Shown: in pieces, positions 28,087-37,884 of the stretch
Numbering within the stretch: position 1 is the first letter of the stretch
Layout of the letters: each line of letters starts with the position of its first letter
Assembly (NCBI GenBank): GCA_016928395.1
Contig: JAFGKV010000096.1
Coordinates: forward strand, 1-64,000
DNA: 64,000 bases
Reading direction: 5' to 3'
Origin: Candidatus Fermentibacterota bacterium
GTDB lineage: Bacteria > JAFGKV01
Notes under the pieces: generated by a model
Database searches by the model: none
The model's input: the letters and a program-made list of their open reading frames with translations, nothing else
What the model was told of the DNA's origin: nothing
Program-made: the position numbers and the translations under genes

Positions 28087-30669
28087 ATGACACGCCCCCA
28101 TGCCCGACTCCCCACGTGGGCCACGGTGGTGCTACCGCTCGCGTTGCTGGTCTTCGCCGTGGGAGGCCTGTGGTTTTACCGCGCCCAAGACCAGGCCATG
28201 CGCCGCAAGGTCGAGGAGGAGCTGGCTACCATCGCCGGGCTCAAGGCGGAGCAGATCGTTGCCTGGCGCCGCGACCAACTGGAGGATGCCGGCCTGATCG
28301 CGGAGAACGCCACGCTAGTCGTGGCCACGGCGCGCTACTGGGCCGATCCTGGCGACGAAACCGGCGACCAGCTTCTCCGCGTCTTTCGTCGCGTCCAGAA
28401 AGGCCATGACTACGCGGACATCCTGCTGGTGGATGCGAACGGGCATGTCTGCCTGAGTCTGGCCGGCGCCGCAGGCGACGGCCATCCGGAGATGCTCTCG
28501 GCGTTGGAAACCTCCCTGCGCGAGCGGAGGCCCGTTCTCGTCGACCTGCACGCGGGCGACCTCGACCCGTCGCCGCATATCAGCGTCGTCGCACCCGTCT
28601 TCTCAGACGCTGCGGGCGGCGAGCCTGCCGGCGCGCTGGTGTTGATGAGTGAGGCGCGAGCCTTCCTTTACCCCCTTGTCGAAAGCTGGCCCAGGCCGAG
28701 CAAGACCGCGGAGACCCTGCTCATCCGGCGAGACGGTGACGAGGTGCTCTTCCTGAACGACCTCCGCCACCAGGCGGGCACGGCGCTCACGCTGCGCATC
28801 CCGATAGATCGAACCGACGTCCCCGCAGTGATGGCGGCGCTGGGTCGGCGGGGGGTCGTGTACGGCCGTGACTACCGCGAGGTTTCGGTTGTCTCGCACG
28901 TCTCCGCTATTCCCGATTCCCCATGGCTCATGGTGGCAAAGGAGGATGCCGACGAAGCGTTCTCCGAATGGCGGTTTCGCTCAGTGATGATCCTCGCCTT
29001 CCTGGCGGGATTGGCTGCGGCCGTGGGCGCGGTCATCCTCGTGGTCTGGCAGCGGAACGAGAAAGGCCACTACCGCACACTCTATGAGACCGAGTCGGCG
29101 CTGCGGGCGTTGTCCGCGCGTCAGCAGGCCCTGCTGGCCGCGGTACCTGACATCATCATGGAAGTCGACGTGAACAAGAGGTACACCTGGGCGAACCGTG
29201 CGGGCATTGAGTTCTTTGGGGAGGATGTGGTCGGCACGGAAGCCGCTTCCTACTTCGACGGGGAGCAGGATACCTACGAGACGGTCGCGCCGCTCTTCAA
29301 GGGCCAGGAAGGCGTGATCTACGCGGAGAGCTGGCAGCGGCGCCGAGATGGGGAGAGGCGCCTGCTCGCGTGGTGGGGCCGCGTGCTCAAAGACGCCAAG
29401 GAGAACGTTATCGGCGCGCTCTCCTCCGCGCGGGATATCACCGAGCGTTCGCGGGCGGAGCAGCAGCTCCTCATCCAGAAACGGATCGCCGACATCTTCC
29501 TCACGATCCCCGATGACGAGATGTTCTACGAGGTCTTGCAGGTCGTGCTTGAGGCCATGCAGAGCCCGTTCGGCGTCTTCGGGTACATAGACGAGGCAGG
29601 CGCGCTGGTCGTGCCGACCATGACCCGGCTCATCTGGGACAAGTGTCAGGTTCCCGAGAAGACCATCACGTTCCCGCGCTCCACCTGGGGAGACAGCAGT
29701 TGGCCCAGGGCGATCCGGGAGAAGATGCCGAACTACTCCAACGAGGTCTCTACCAGAACCCCCGCTGGGCATGTCACACTCACGAGACACATTTCCCTGC
29801 CAATCCTGTTTCGTGGCGACGTCATCGGTCTTTTCCAGGTGGCGAACAAGGCGGTGGACTACACGGCAGCGGATATCGCCGCTTTGCAGACCGTCGCCAC
29901 CTACGTGGCCCCGGTTCTGAGCGCGCGGCTGCAGCGCCAGCGGCAGGAAGAGAATCTACGATCTCTGAATCAGGAGCTGGCGAGGGCCAACGCCGAACTC
30001 CAGCGTTTCGCATACGTTGCGTCACACGACCTTCAAGAGCCGCTACGAATGATCGCCAGCTACCTGCAGCTCATCGAGGGCCGGTACAAGGACAGGCTGG
30101 ATGCCGATGGCCTGGAGTTCATGGCCTTTGCCGTTGATGGCGCCAACCGCCTGCAGACGATGATCCGTGACCTTCTTGAGTACTCCCGTGTGGGAAGCCG
30201 GGGGATGCCCCTTGAGGAGGTCGACGCCGAGGAGGCGCTGGATCAGGCCCTGCAGAATCTGCAGGTGCAGATCGCGGACAGCGGCGCGGTTGTGACCCAC
30301 GACCCCCTGCCGCGCATCACGGCCGACCAGACGCAGATCGTGCAGGTGTTCCAGAATCTGATCAGTAATGCCATAAAGTTCAGAAGCAGTGAGCCCCCGC
30401 GTATCCATATCACGTCTCGCCGCCAGGACGACGAATGCGTCTTCTCTGCACGGGACAACGGCCTGGGGGTGGCGCCGGAGCTCAATGAGCGCATCTTCAT
30501 CGTGTTTCAACGCCTTCACGGCCAGGAGTACCCGGGAACCGGCATAGGTCTGGCCATCTGCAAACGTATCGTGGAACGCCACAAGGGGAGGATCTGGGTG
30601 GAATCCGAGGCAGGCACAGGCGCCACGTTCCACTTCAGTATTCCTATCGCTACAGGAGGGAATGTGTGA
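28087..30669 (+). CDS. Membrane sensor histidine kinase (Cache-like, PAS, GAF, Cph1-type HisKA/HATPase)
   Basis: Two TM segments, FAYVASHDLQEPLR, NLISNAIKF, YPGTGIGLA. Confidence 0.92.
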   Translation: MTRPHARLPTWATVVLPLALLVFAVGGLWFYRAQDQAMRRKVEEELATIAGLKAEQIVAWRRDQLEDAGLIAENATLVVATARYWADPGDETGDQLLRVFRRVQKGHDYADILLVDANGHVCLSLAGAAGDGHPEMLSALETSLRERRPVLVDLHAGDLDPSPHISVVAPVFSDAAGGEPAGALVLMSEARAFLYPLVESWPRPSKTAETLLIRRDGDEVLFLNDLRHQAGTALTLRIPIDRTDVPAVMAALGRRGVVYGRDYREVSVVSHVSAIPDSPWLMVAKEDADEAFSEWRFRSVMILAFLAGLAAAVGAVILVVWQRNEKGHYRTLYETESALRALSARQQALLAAVPDIIMEVDVNKRYTWANRAGIEFFGEDVVGTEAASYFDGEQDTYETVAPLFKGQEGVIYAESWQRRRDGERRLLAWWGRVLKDAKENVIGALSSARDITERSRAEQQLLIQKRIADIFLTIPDDEMFYEVLQVVLEAMQSPFGVFGYIDEAGALVVPTMTRLIWDKCQVPEKTITFPRSTWGDSSWPRAIREKMPNYSNEVSTRTPAGHVTLTRHISLPILFRGDVIGLFQVANKAVDYTAADIAALQTVATYVAPVLSARLQRQRQEENLRSLNQELARANAELQRFAYVASHDLQEPLRMIASYLQLIEGRYKDRLDADGLEFMAFAVDGANRLQTMIRDLLEYSRVGSRGMPLEEVDAEEALDQALQNLQVQIADSGAVVTHDPLPRITADQTQIVQVFQNLISNAIKFRSSEPPRIHITSRRQDDECVFSARDNGLGVAPELNERIFIVFQRLHGQEYPGTGIGLAICKRIVERHKGRIWVESEAGTGATFHFSIPIATGGNV

Positions 30670-31136
30670 AGTCTGGGTCCAAGAACGAGCCGGCCCTCGG
30701 CCGGCCTATCGAGATCCTGCTGGTCGATGACAATCCGGGCGACGTCCGCCTTGCCATTGAGGCCCTGAAGGAGGGCAAAGTCCGCAATCACCTCCATGTG
30801 ACCTATGACGGGGTGGAGGCCATGGAGTTCCTCCGCCGCACGGGCAAGTACGCCGCGTCGCCGCGGCCCGACATCGTGCTCTTAGACCTGAACATGCCGA
30901 AGAAGGACGGGCGCGAAGTCCTGAAGGAGATCAAGAGTGACGAAGACCTGCGCCGGATCCCGGTCGTGATCCTCACAATCTCCAAGGGCGAAGAAGATAT
31001 CCTGGCGACCTACAATCACCACGCCAATTGCTACATCACCAAGCCGATCCAGATGGATGAGTTCCTCAAGGTCATGCGATCCATCGAGAATTTCTGGCTG
31101 ACCATCGTGACGTTGCCCCCCGGTGGGGCGTGCTGA
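30666..31136 (+). CDS. Single-domain response regulator (Rcp1-like)
   Basis: ILLVDDNPGD, LLDLNMPKKDG, ANCYITKP, FWL tail; GTGA overlap with the upstream kinase. Confidence 0.93.
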   Translation: MKSGSKNEPALGRPIEILLVDDNPGDVRLAIEALKEGKVRNHLHVTYDGVEAMEFLRRTGKYAASPRPDIVLLDLNMPKKDGREVLKEIKSDEDLRRIPVVILTISKGEEDILATYNHHANCYITKPIQMDEFLKVMRSIENFWLTIVTLPPGGAC

Positions 31137-32989
31137 TGTCCGCGGGGGGTGTTCCCGGGTCGAGGAGGCATCGCGTTGACTCGGAACTGATTCGCCTGCT
31201 GCTGGTCGAAGACAATGCCGGCGATGCGCGTCTCATCCGCGAGATGCTTAGGGAGTCGGCGGACATCGAGATCGAGACCGTCGAACAAGTGTCTGCGGCG
31301 GTGGACCGCCTTGGACGCGGTGGCCTCGATCTCGTCCTTCTTGATCTCGGTCTTCCGGACAGCCAGGGGCTCGACACCCTTCGCACGGTGGGTACGGCGG
31401 CGCCTCGGCTTCCCATCGTGGTTCTGACCGGCCACGACGACGCCGAATCCGGCATGGCGGCGGTGCGGGCCGGCGCTCAGGATTATCTAATCAAGGGTCA
31501 GATCCCCGCGGGATTGCTTCACCGCGTGCTACGGTTCTCCGTGGAACGGCAGCGCGTGCAGGAAGCGTTGCTGGAGAGCGAGGACCGCTATCGGGATCTG
31601 GTAGAGAACAGCCAGGAGCTGATCTGCACCCACGATCTCGAAGGGCGTATCCTCTCCGCGAATCCCTGGGCAGCGAAGGTGCTGGGCTATGGCCTCGATA
31701 CCATTCTGCACATGAATATCCGCGACTTCCTGGCGCCCGAAACGCGTGGAGGAATCGGGGCGTATCTCGCCAGGATTCAAAAGCGCGGCGTTGCCAAAGG
31801 GCAGTTGCTCATTCAGACCGCCACGGGGGAGCGGCGCCTGTGGGAATACCACAACACCCTGAGGACCGAGGACGTCGCCGTTCCCGTCGTCCGCGGCATG
31901 GCGCACGACATCACCGAGCGCAAACAGGCGGAGGACGCGTTGCGCACCAGCCGAGCCCAGTTCTCCCACGCTCTGCAGATGGCCCGTGCAGGCCACTGGG
32001 AGTATGACGTGGGCACCGACACGTTCACATTCAACGATAACTTCTACCGAATCTTCCGTACGACGGCGGCTGAAGTGGGCGGGTACCGAATGTCATCGGC
32101 CGAGTACGCTCGCAGGTTCTGCCATCCGGACGATGCAGGCCTGGTGGCCAAGGAAGTTCAGGCGGCAATCGCCACACCCGACCCCGCCTACAGCTGCCAA
32201 ATCGAACACCGTATCCTTCATGCCGACGGTGAGGTCGGCCACATCACCGTGCGTTTCTTCATCGTCAAGGACTCCCAGGGACGAACCGTGAAGACCTATG
32301 GCGTCAATCAAGACATCACCGAGCGCAAGCAGGCGGAACGCCGCATCGCCGCGGCTCTGGTGGAGAAGGAGGCCCTCCTGCGGGAAATCCACCACCGGGT
32401 CAAGAACAACCTCCAGGCAGTCACCGCGCTCATCGACATCAGCCGAGCCCAAGTGGCGGATGCCGGCGTCCGGCGCTCCCTCCGGGAGCTGCAGGAACAA
32501 GTCCGCACCATGGCGTTGGTCCATGAGCATCTGTACAGGTCGGAGAACCTGGCGGAGGTCGAGATGCAGCCCTTCCTCGACACGCTGGCCGAGAATGTGC
32601 TTCAGGCTTTCGGCGCCGGAGGCCTGGTCGTCGTCTCTGTTCGAGTAGATGGCGTCTCCATGGATTTGGAGGAGGCGATGCCCTGCGGCCTCATCGTGAA
32701 CGAGCTAGTCACCAACGCACTGAAGCATGCCTTTGCCGGAGGTACCGGCGAGGCCGGGGCCGTCACGGTCTCCCTGGCATCTTCCGGCGACGAGTGGGAG
32801 CTTCGGGTCACCGACAACGGAATAGGGTTGCCGCCCGGGTTTGACTGGCGACGGGCCGAGTCCATGGGGCTGCATCTGGTCAATCTCTGGGCGACGCACC
32901 AATTGGGAGGCATCATCGACGTCTCCGTCTCTGAGGGCACTGCATTCACCATACGGTTTGGTCGGAAGCGGAGGGCACGCCATGACTAG
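31136..32989 (+). CDS. Receiver - PAS - PAS - HisKA_2-type histidine kinase
   Basis: LLDLGLPDS, EIHHRVKNNLQ, NELVTNALKHAF, DNGIG. Confidence 0.92.
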   Translation: MSAGGVPGSRRHRVDSELIRLLLVEDNAGDARLIREMLRESADIEIETVEQVSAAVDRLGRGGLDLVLLDLGLPDSQGLDTLRTVGTAAPRLPIVVLTGHDDAESGMAAVRAGAQDYLIKGQIPAGLLHRVLRFSVERQRVQEALLESEDRYRDLVENSQELICTHDLEGRILSANPWAAKVLGYGLDTILHMNIRDFLAPETRGGIGAYLARIQKRGVAKGQLLIQTATGERRLWEYHNTLRTEDVAVPVVRGMAHDITERKQAEDALRTSRAQFSHALQMARAGHWEYDVGTDTFTFNDNFYRIFRTTAAEVGGYRMSSAEYARRFCHPDDAGLVAKEVQAAIATPDPAYSCQIEHRILHADGEVGHITVRFFIVKDSQGRTVKTYGVNQDITERKQAERRIAAALVEKEALLREIHHRVKNNLQAVTALIDISRAQVADAGVRRSLRELQEQVRTMALVHEHLYRSENLAEVEMQPFLDTLAENVLQAFGAGGLVVVSVRVDGVSMDLEEAMPCGLIVNELVTNALKHAFAGGTGEAGAVTVSLASSGDEWELRVTDNGIGLPPGFDWRRAESMGLHLVNLWATHQLGGIIDVSVSEGTAFTIRFGRKRRARHD

Positions 32990-35423
32990 TGCACGAATTC
33001 TGGTCGTCGAGGATGACGCAATCGTCGCGGCCCACCTTGAGCGGGTGCTGGCCCAGATGGGATACGAGGTGACGCGCCTCGTCGCCACCGGCGAGGACGC
33101 CGTGGCTGCCGCGGGGGCGGACAGGCCGGATGTGGTGCTGATGGATGTACGCCTCCGGGGTGAGATGGATGGGATCCGCGCCGCGGAGGAGATCCGCGCG
33201 GGCTACGGGCTGCCGATCATCTATCTGACGGCCTATGCGGATGAGCCGTTGATCCAAAAGGCCAAGCGCACGGAGCCCTACGGCTACTTGGCCAAGCCCG
33301 TGCGCGACAAGGAGCTGCATGCGAGTATCGAGATGGCCTTGTACAAGCATGCGACCGACCGGAAACTGAAGCATCTTTCCGACGTGCTCAGGGCCGTGCG
33401 GGATGTGAACAAGCTTATCACCCGCGAGCGCGATCGTTTCCGCATGATGGCGGGTGCATGCCGGATTCTGGAGCACACCAGAGGGTATGTCCTGGTTGTG
33501 GTGAACCTCGTGTCAGAGGGCGGCTCGCCCACCGTGGTGGTGGGGGAGGGGGCCCCGGAGCTCGCTGCCGCGCTGCTGAGGATGAGTGCCGATGACCTGA
33601 TGCAGACCCCCTGCATGAGGTCGATCCGCCAGGGGAAGATGGAGGTCTGCGACTGTAGCGAGGCGGTTCAGACGGAGTCGGCGTGGGGCCGGGCGGCCGC
33701 GGCCCAGGGGGTGTGCGCCATCGCCTCCATCCCCATGCGGTATGAGGAGAAGACGTACGGGGCGCTGTGCGTGTACGGCGACCGGCAGGATGCCTTCGGG
33801 CCGGGAGAGATGGATCTCCTGGAGGAACTGGCGGACGATCTCGCCTTCGCCGTGAAGGGCCTCGCCGACCAGGAGGCCCGACTGGCAGCGGAGCTGCAGC
33901 TGCAGGCCAGCGAAGAACGCTACCGCGAACTGGTGGAGAACCTCAACGAGGTCATCATCTCATTGGATGCAGACAGCCGGATTGCCTTCGTCAGCCCGGC
34001 GGCGACTGCCATCCTGGGGTATGCGCCCGCCGAGATGGTCGGCCGTCCCTATCAGGACTTCATCCACGCCGATGACCTAAGCCCTGTGCGAGCGGCCTTC
34101 CAGGACCTCCTGCGGGGCGAGCTCAGTCCCAGCGAATACCGGATGATCACCAAGAGCGGCGCCGTACGCTGGGTGCGCTCGTCCAGCAGGCCAGTGGTGG
34201 AAGACGGCAGGATCACTGGGATCCAGGGCCTGATCAGCGATATCACCGAGCGCACGGTGCTGGAAACGCAGCTGCGGCGAGCCCAGAAGCTGGAGGCCTT
34301 CGGTCAACTGGCCGGAGGGGTCGCCCACGATTTCAACAATGTGCTCCAGACCATCGTCGGCTACCTCTCGCTGGCGATGAGGTCCCTCAATCCTGCCCAC
34401 GAGTCGTACGACGACCTCAAGGAAATCGAACGCGCCACCGAAAGGGCGGCGGCCTTAACCCGCCAGCTCCTGGCTTTCGGCCGCCGGCAGGTGCTGGACC
34501 TTCGGGTTCAGAATCTCAGTGACGTCGTGGCGGGCATGCTCAAGATGATGCAGCGGGCGCTTGGTGAACACATCGTGCTCAACCTCCACGCTCGGCCGAG
34601 CACTCCCACCGTGCGAATCGATGCCGGGCAGATCGAGCAAGTCCTCCTCAATCTCGCGCTGAACGCCAGGGACGCCATGCCGGGGGGAGGCCAGCTGGAC
34701 ATCGGGACCGACATCATCCATCTGGAGCGCGATCATGTGGCGGCCCATCCCGAGGCCACGGCAGGCACATACGCCGTACTCAGGGTGAGTGACACCGGCA
34801 GCGGCATGAGCGAGGAAGTAAAGGCCCATGTGTTCGAGCCGTTCTTCACGACCAAGGCGGAGGGCACGGGCAGCGGTTTGGGCTTGGCCATGGTGCACGG
34901 CATCGTGAAGCAACACGAGGGGTTCTGCGAGATCGAGAGCGAGCCGGGGCGCGGTACATCGGTGGCTATCTACCTGCCCGAAGCGGCGGAACCGGCGTCC
35001 CAAGAGGAGGCGCGGATCGAGGTGCCGAAGCCTGCGGGTGGTACCGAGGTCATCCTGATGGCGGAAGACGAGGGGGCCATCAGGGCCCTGAATGCTCGCA
35101 TTCTGTCGTCGGCGGGCTATCGGGTACTTCAGGCGGCCAACGGAGAGGAAGCCATGAAGGTCTTTGACGACCACGGAGGGGGCGTAGACCTGGCTCTCTT
35201 GGATGTGGTCATGCCCCGAGCGGGCGGGGTCGCGGTACTCCAGCACGTCCGCGCCCACCGGCCCGGCCTGCCCGTGGTCTTCTCCTCGGGCTACAGCGAC
35301 GACGTGAGCCAGACGCGGTTAGTCCAAGAGCAGGGGCTGGCCCTCCTTCGCAAGCCCTTCACCCCCAATGAGCTATTGCTGGCCGTGCGGGCCGCCTTGG
35401 ATTCCGCCCGAGGGACCTCGTGA
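32982..35423 (+). CDS. Receiver - GAF - PAS - hybrid histidine kinase - receiver
   Basis: Start MTSARILVVEDD, AGGVAHDFNN, NARDAM, FEPFFTTK, GSGLGL, C-terminal LDVVMP. Confidence 0.92.
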   Translation: MTSARILVVEDDAIVAAHLERVLAQMGYEVTRLVATGEDAVAAAGADRPDVVLMDVRLRGEMDGIRAAEEIRAGYGLPIIYLTAYADEPLIQKAKRTEPYGYLAKPVRDKELHASIEMALYKHATDRKLKHLSDVLRAVRDVNKLITRERDRFRMMAGACRILEHTRGYVLVVVNLVSEGGSPTVVVGEGAPELAAALLRMSADDLMQTPCMRSIRQGKMEVCDCSEAVQTESAWGRAAAAQGVCAIASIPMRYEEKTYGALCVYGDRQDAFGPGEMDLLEELADDLAFAVKGLADQEARLAAELQLQASEERYRELVENLNEVIISLDADSRIAFVSPAATAILGYAPAEMVGRPYQDFIHADDLSPVRAAFQDLLRGELSPSEYRMITKSGAVRWVRSSSRPVVEDGRITGIQGLISDITERTVLETQLRRAQKLEAFGQLAGGVAHDFNNVLQTIVGYLSLAMRSLNPAHESYDDLKEIERATERAAALTRQLLAFGRRQVLDLRVQNLSDVVAGMLKMMQRALGEHIVLNLHARPSTPTVRIDAGQIEQVLLNLALNARDAMPGGGQLDIGTDIIHLERDHVAAHPEATAGTYAVLRVSDTGSGMSEEVKAHVFEPFFTTKAEGTGSGLGLAMVHGIVKQHEGFCEIESEPGRGTSVAIYLPEAAEPASQEEARIEVPKPAGGTEVILMAEDEGAIRALNARILSSAGYRVLQAANGEEAMKVFDDHGGGVDLALLDVVMPRAGGVAVLQHVRAHRPGLPVVFSSGYSDDVSQTRLVQEQGLALLRKPFTPNELLLAVRAALDSARGTS

Positions 35424-35818
35424 TGGAACTCATGCCGAAGCCGGCGCGCCCACAGGCCCTGGTGCTGCCGGCGCTCATGCTGTGCGTGCGAGGGGGGGAG
35501 GTGTGGCTCCACCGCGCCCAGGGTTCGCGGCTGAGAGATGAAGCCGAGACCTCGCTGAAGGCCATCGCAAGACTCAAGGAGAACCGGATCGCCGCCTGGC
35601 GCGACGACCAACTGAACGATGCGATGCTGCTGGCCGGGCCCGGGCTCAGCGGGCGCGATGACGGGGGCGGATCGCAGGCCTCCGTGGCCGCGGACACCGG
35701 CTCCTTCGGGCTGCGCATGGTGCATCTGTGGGCCACCCATCAACTGGGCGGGCGCATCGACATCGGTAGAGAGGATGGGGCCGTCATCACCGTCTGCTGT
35801 GCGGAGCCTCAGGCATGA
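35420..35818 (+). pseudogene. Internally deleted sensor kinase remnant (Cache-type N-terminus joined in frame to the last HATPase strands)
   Basis: IARLKENRIAAWRDDQLNDA resembles the start of 28087. FGLRMVHLWATHQLGGRIDI resembles the ends of the HisKA_2 kinases. No H-box. Confidence 0.8.
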
Positions 35819-37884
35819 GAAGGCCGGCCGGGGCTCCCAGTCCTGCCGTGCGCCTTCCTCGTGTCACGGGCTTGGGAGCCTTGATTCTCATCATCGGCCT
35901 TGCACTGTCAACCGCGGCCGTGTTCCTGGTGACCCGCCGGGCCGACCGCGAACTCCGCTTGGCGCTGGTGCGGCAAGCGAGGCTGGCGGCCTATGCCCTG
36001 TCCTTTGAGCGCCTTGCCGCATTGACCGGTACCGATGATGACCTGACATCGCCCGACTACCTGCGGATCAAAGCGCAACTTGCCGGAATGAGGATCGCCG
36101 ATCCACGATGCAGGTTTCTCTATCTCATGGGCCGCCGGGCCGACGGGTCGGTCTTCTTCCTCGTGGATTCCGAGCCTTTCGGTTCGGCCGACGAGTCGCC
36201 TCCCGGCCAGACGTATGACGAGGCCTCGCCCCAGTTGCATCGCGTCTTCACCACGATGCGTGAGACGGTGGTGGGTCCGTTTAGTGACCGGTGGGGAACC
36301 TGGATCAGCGCCTTCGTGCCCCTGGCGAGGGATAACGGCAATGTGGTGGTCTTCGGCATGGACATCGCGGCCAGCGGATGGCGCGGGATGGTGGCGGCCA
36401 GCGCTGCAGTGCCGGCACTGCTGGCACTGCTGACAGCCGGTCTCTCCCTGGCGGTGATCCGCTTGCGTAGGATCACCCAGCACGCCCGCGCCAATGCGCA
36501 GAAAGTCGCAAGCATCTTCCGGGGATCGCCCATCGGCGTGGGCGTGGCCGTGAACCGCATTATCGTCGAGGTCAATGACCGCTTCTGTGAGCTCTGTGGC
36601 TATGCCCGCGAGGAACTCATCGGTCAGAGCACGGCCAGGCTGTACCCCCACGACAAAGAGTACGAGCGAGTTGGTCGTGACCTGTACGAACCCATCAACC
36701 GAGGGGCCATCGGCACGGTCGAGGCGAAGTTCCGGCGGCGAGACGGCGGCCTGCGAGACATGGCGCTTCGTGCCGCGGCCCTGGATCCTCGGCATCCCGA
36801 GTTCGGGGTCGCCCTGGCGGCGGTAGACATCACCGAGCGGAAGCGGGGAGAAGACGCGCTGCGTCACTCGCACTCCCTGATTGAGGCGACGCTGGAATCC
36901 ACTGCCGACGGCATCCTCGTGGTAGACCGCGCCGGCAAGATTGCCGGTTTCAACCGGCGCTTCCTGGAGTTGTGGCGGATTCCAAAGCCGCTGGCGGCGA
37001 AGGGAGATGATGAAGCACTGCTGCGGTTTGTGCTCGACCAACTGGAGGATCCGGGCGCCTTCCTAGACAAGGTGCATGCACTGTACGGCATGCCCGAGGC
37101 GGTATCGACGGACGAGGTTCGTTTCAAGGACGGCCGGGTGTTTGAGCGCTACTCACAACCCCAGCGGGTCGGTGACGAGGTCGCGGGGAGGGTCTGGAGC
37201 TTTCGCGATATCACCGAGCGGATGCAGACCGCGGAGGCGTTGCGCGCCGCGGTCGCGGAGAAGGACGTGCTGCTTCGGGAGGTGCACCATCGGGTCAAGA
37301 ATGCCTTGCAAGGCATCATCGCCTTGGTGGGGCTTCGCATCGCCAAGATCAGCGATGAAAGCGTCGTGCGCTCCCTGGAGGAACTGCAGGAGCAGGCCCG
37401 GGCCATGGCGCTGGTGTACGAGCGGCTTTACCAGTCTTCCGATGTAACCCAGGTGGACATGGAGCCGTATCTGGAGGCGATCTGTCGGGGCTTGGTCGAG
37501 GCGTTCCGCGGCGACCGCGACCTGGCGGTCACCGTGCACGCGCCATCCGTCAGATTGCCCGTCACCCAGGCCATGCCGTGCGGGCTCATCGTGAACGAAC
37601 TGGTCTCCAATGCGTTGAAGCACGCGTTCCCGCCCGAGGTGCGGCCTTTCGGCGGCATCCAGGTCGCCATGGAGCGGGTCGGAGACGGGGTGGTGCTGTC
37701 GGTCTCAGATGACGGCGTGGGGCCTCCGGAGGGGTTCACATTGGGCGGAGAGCACGATTCGGGGCTCCAACTGGTGCGGCTTTGGGCGACCCATCAGTTG
37801 GGAGGGAGCATCGAGAGCATCGGAGGGGCGGGCCTGCGGGTCACGGTGCGATTCGAGGCAGAACGCGTGGCGGCGGAATCATGA
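35815..37884 (+). CDS. Membrane sensor - PAS - PAS - HisKA_2-type histidine kinase
   Basis: TM-sensor-TM layout, EVHHRVKNALQ, NELVSNALKHAF, DDGVG. Confidence 0.92.
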   Translation: MRRPAGAPSPAVRLPRVTGLGALILIIGLALSTAAVFLVTRRADRELRLALVRQARLAAYALSFERLAALTGTDDDLTSPDYLRIKAQLAGMRIADPRCRFLYLMGRRADGSVFFLVDSEPFGSADESPPGQTYDEASPQLHRVFTTMRETVVGPFSDRWGTWISAFVPLARDNGNVVVFGMDIAASGWRGMVAASAAVPALLALLTAGLSLAVIRLRRITQHARANAQKVASIFRGSPIGVGVAVNRIIVEVNDRFCELCGYAREELIGQSTARLYPHDKEYERVGRDLYEPINRGAIGTVEAKFRRRDGGLRDMALRAAALDPRHPEFGVALAAVDITERKRGEDALRHSHSLIEATLESTADGILVVDRAGKIAGFNRRFLELWRIPKPLAAKGDDEALLRFVLDQLEDPGAFLDKVHALYGMPEAVSTDEVRFKDGRVFERYSQPQRVGDEVAGRVWSFRDITERMQTAEALRAAVAEKDVLLREVHHRVKNALQGIIALVGLRIAKISDESVVRSLEELQEQARAMALVYERLYQSSDVTQVDMEPYLEAICRGLVEAFRGDRDLAVTVHAPSVRLPVTQAMPCGLIVNELVSNALKHAFPPEVRPFGGIQVAMERVGDGVVLSVSDDGVGPPEGFTLGGEHDSGLQLVRLWATHQLGGSIESIGGAGLRVTVRFEAERVAAES

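Noticed and set aside
28087-31136. Bacteriophytochrome operon
   Set aside because: The kinase core and regulator are Cph1/Rcp1-like, but there is no PAS-GAF-PHY photosensory module; the sensor is membrane-bound and Cache-like
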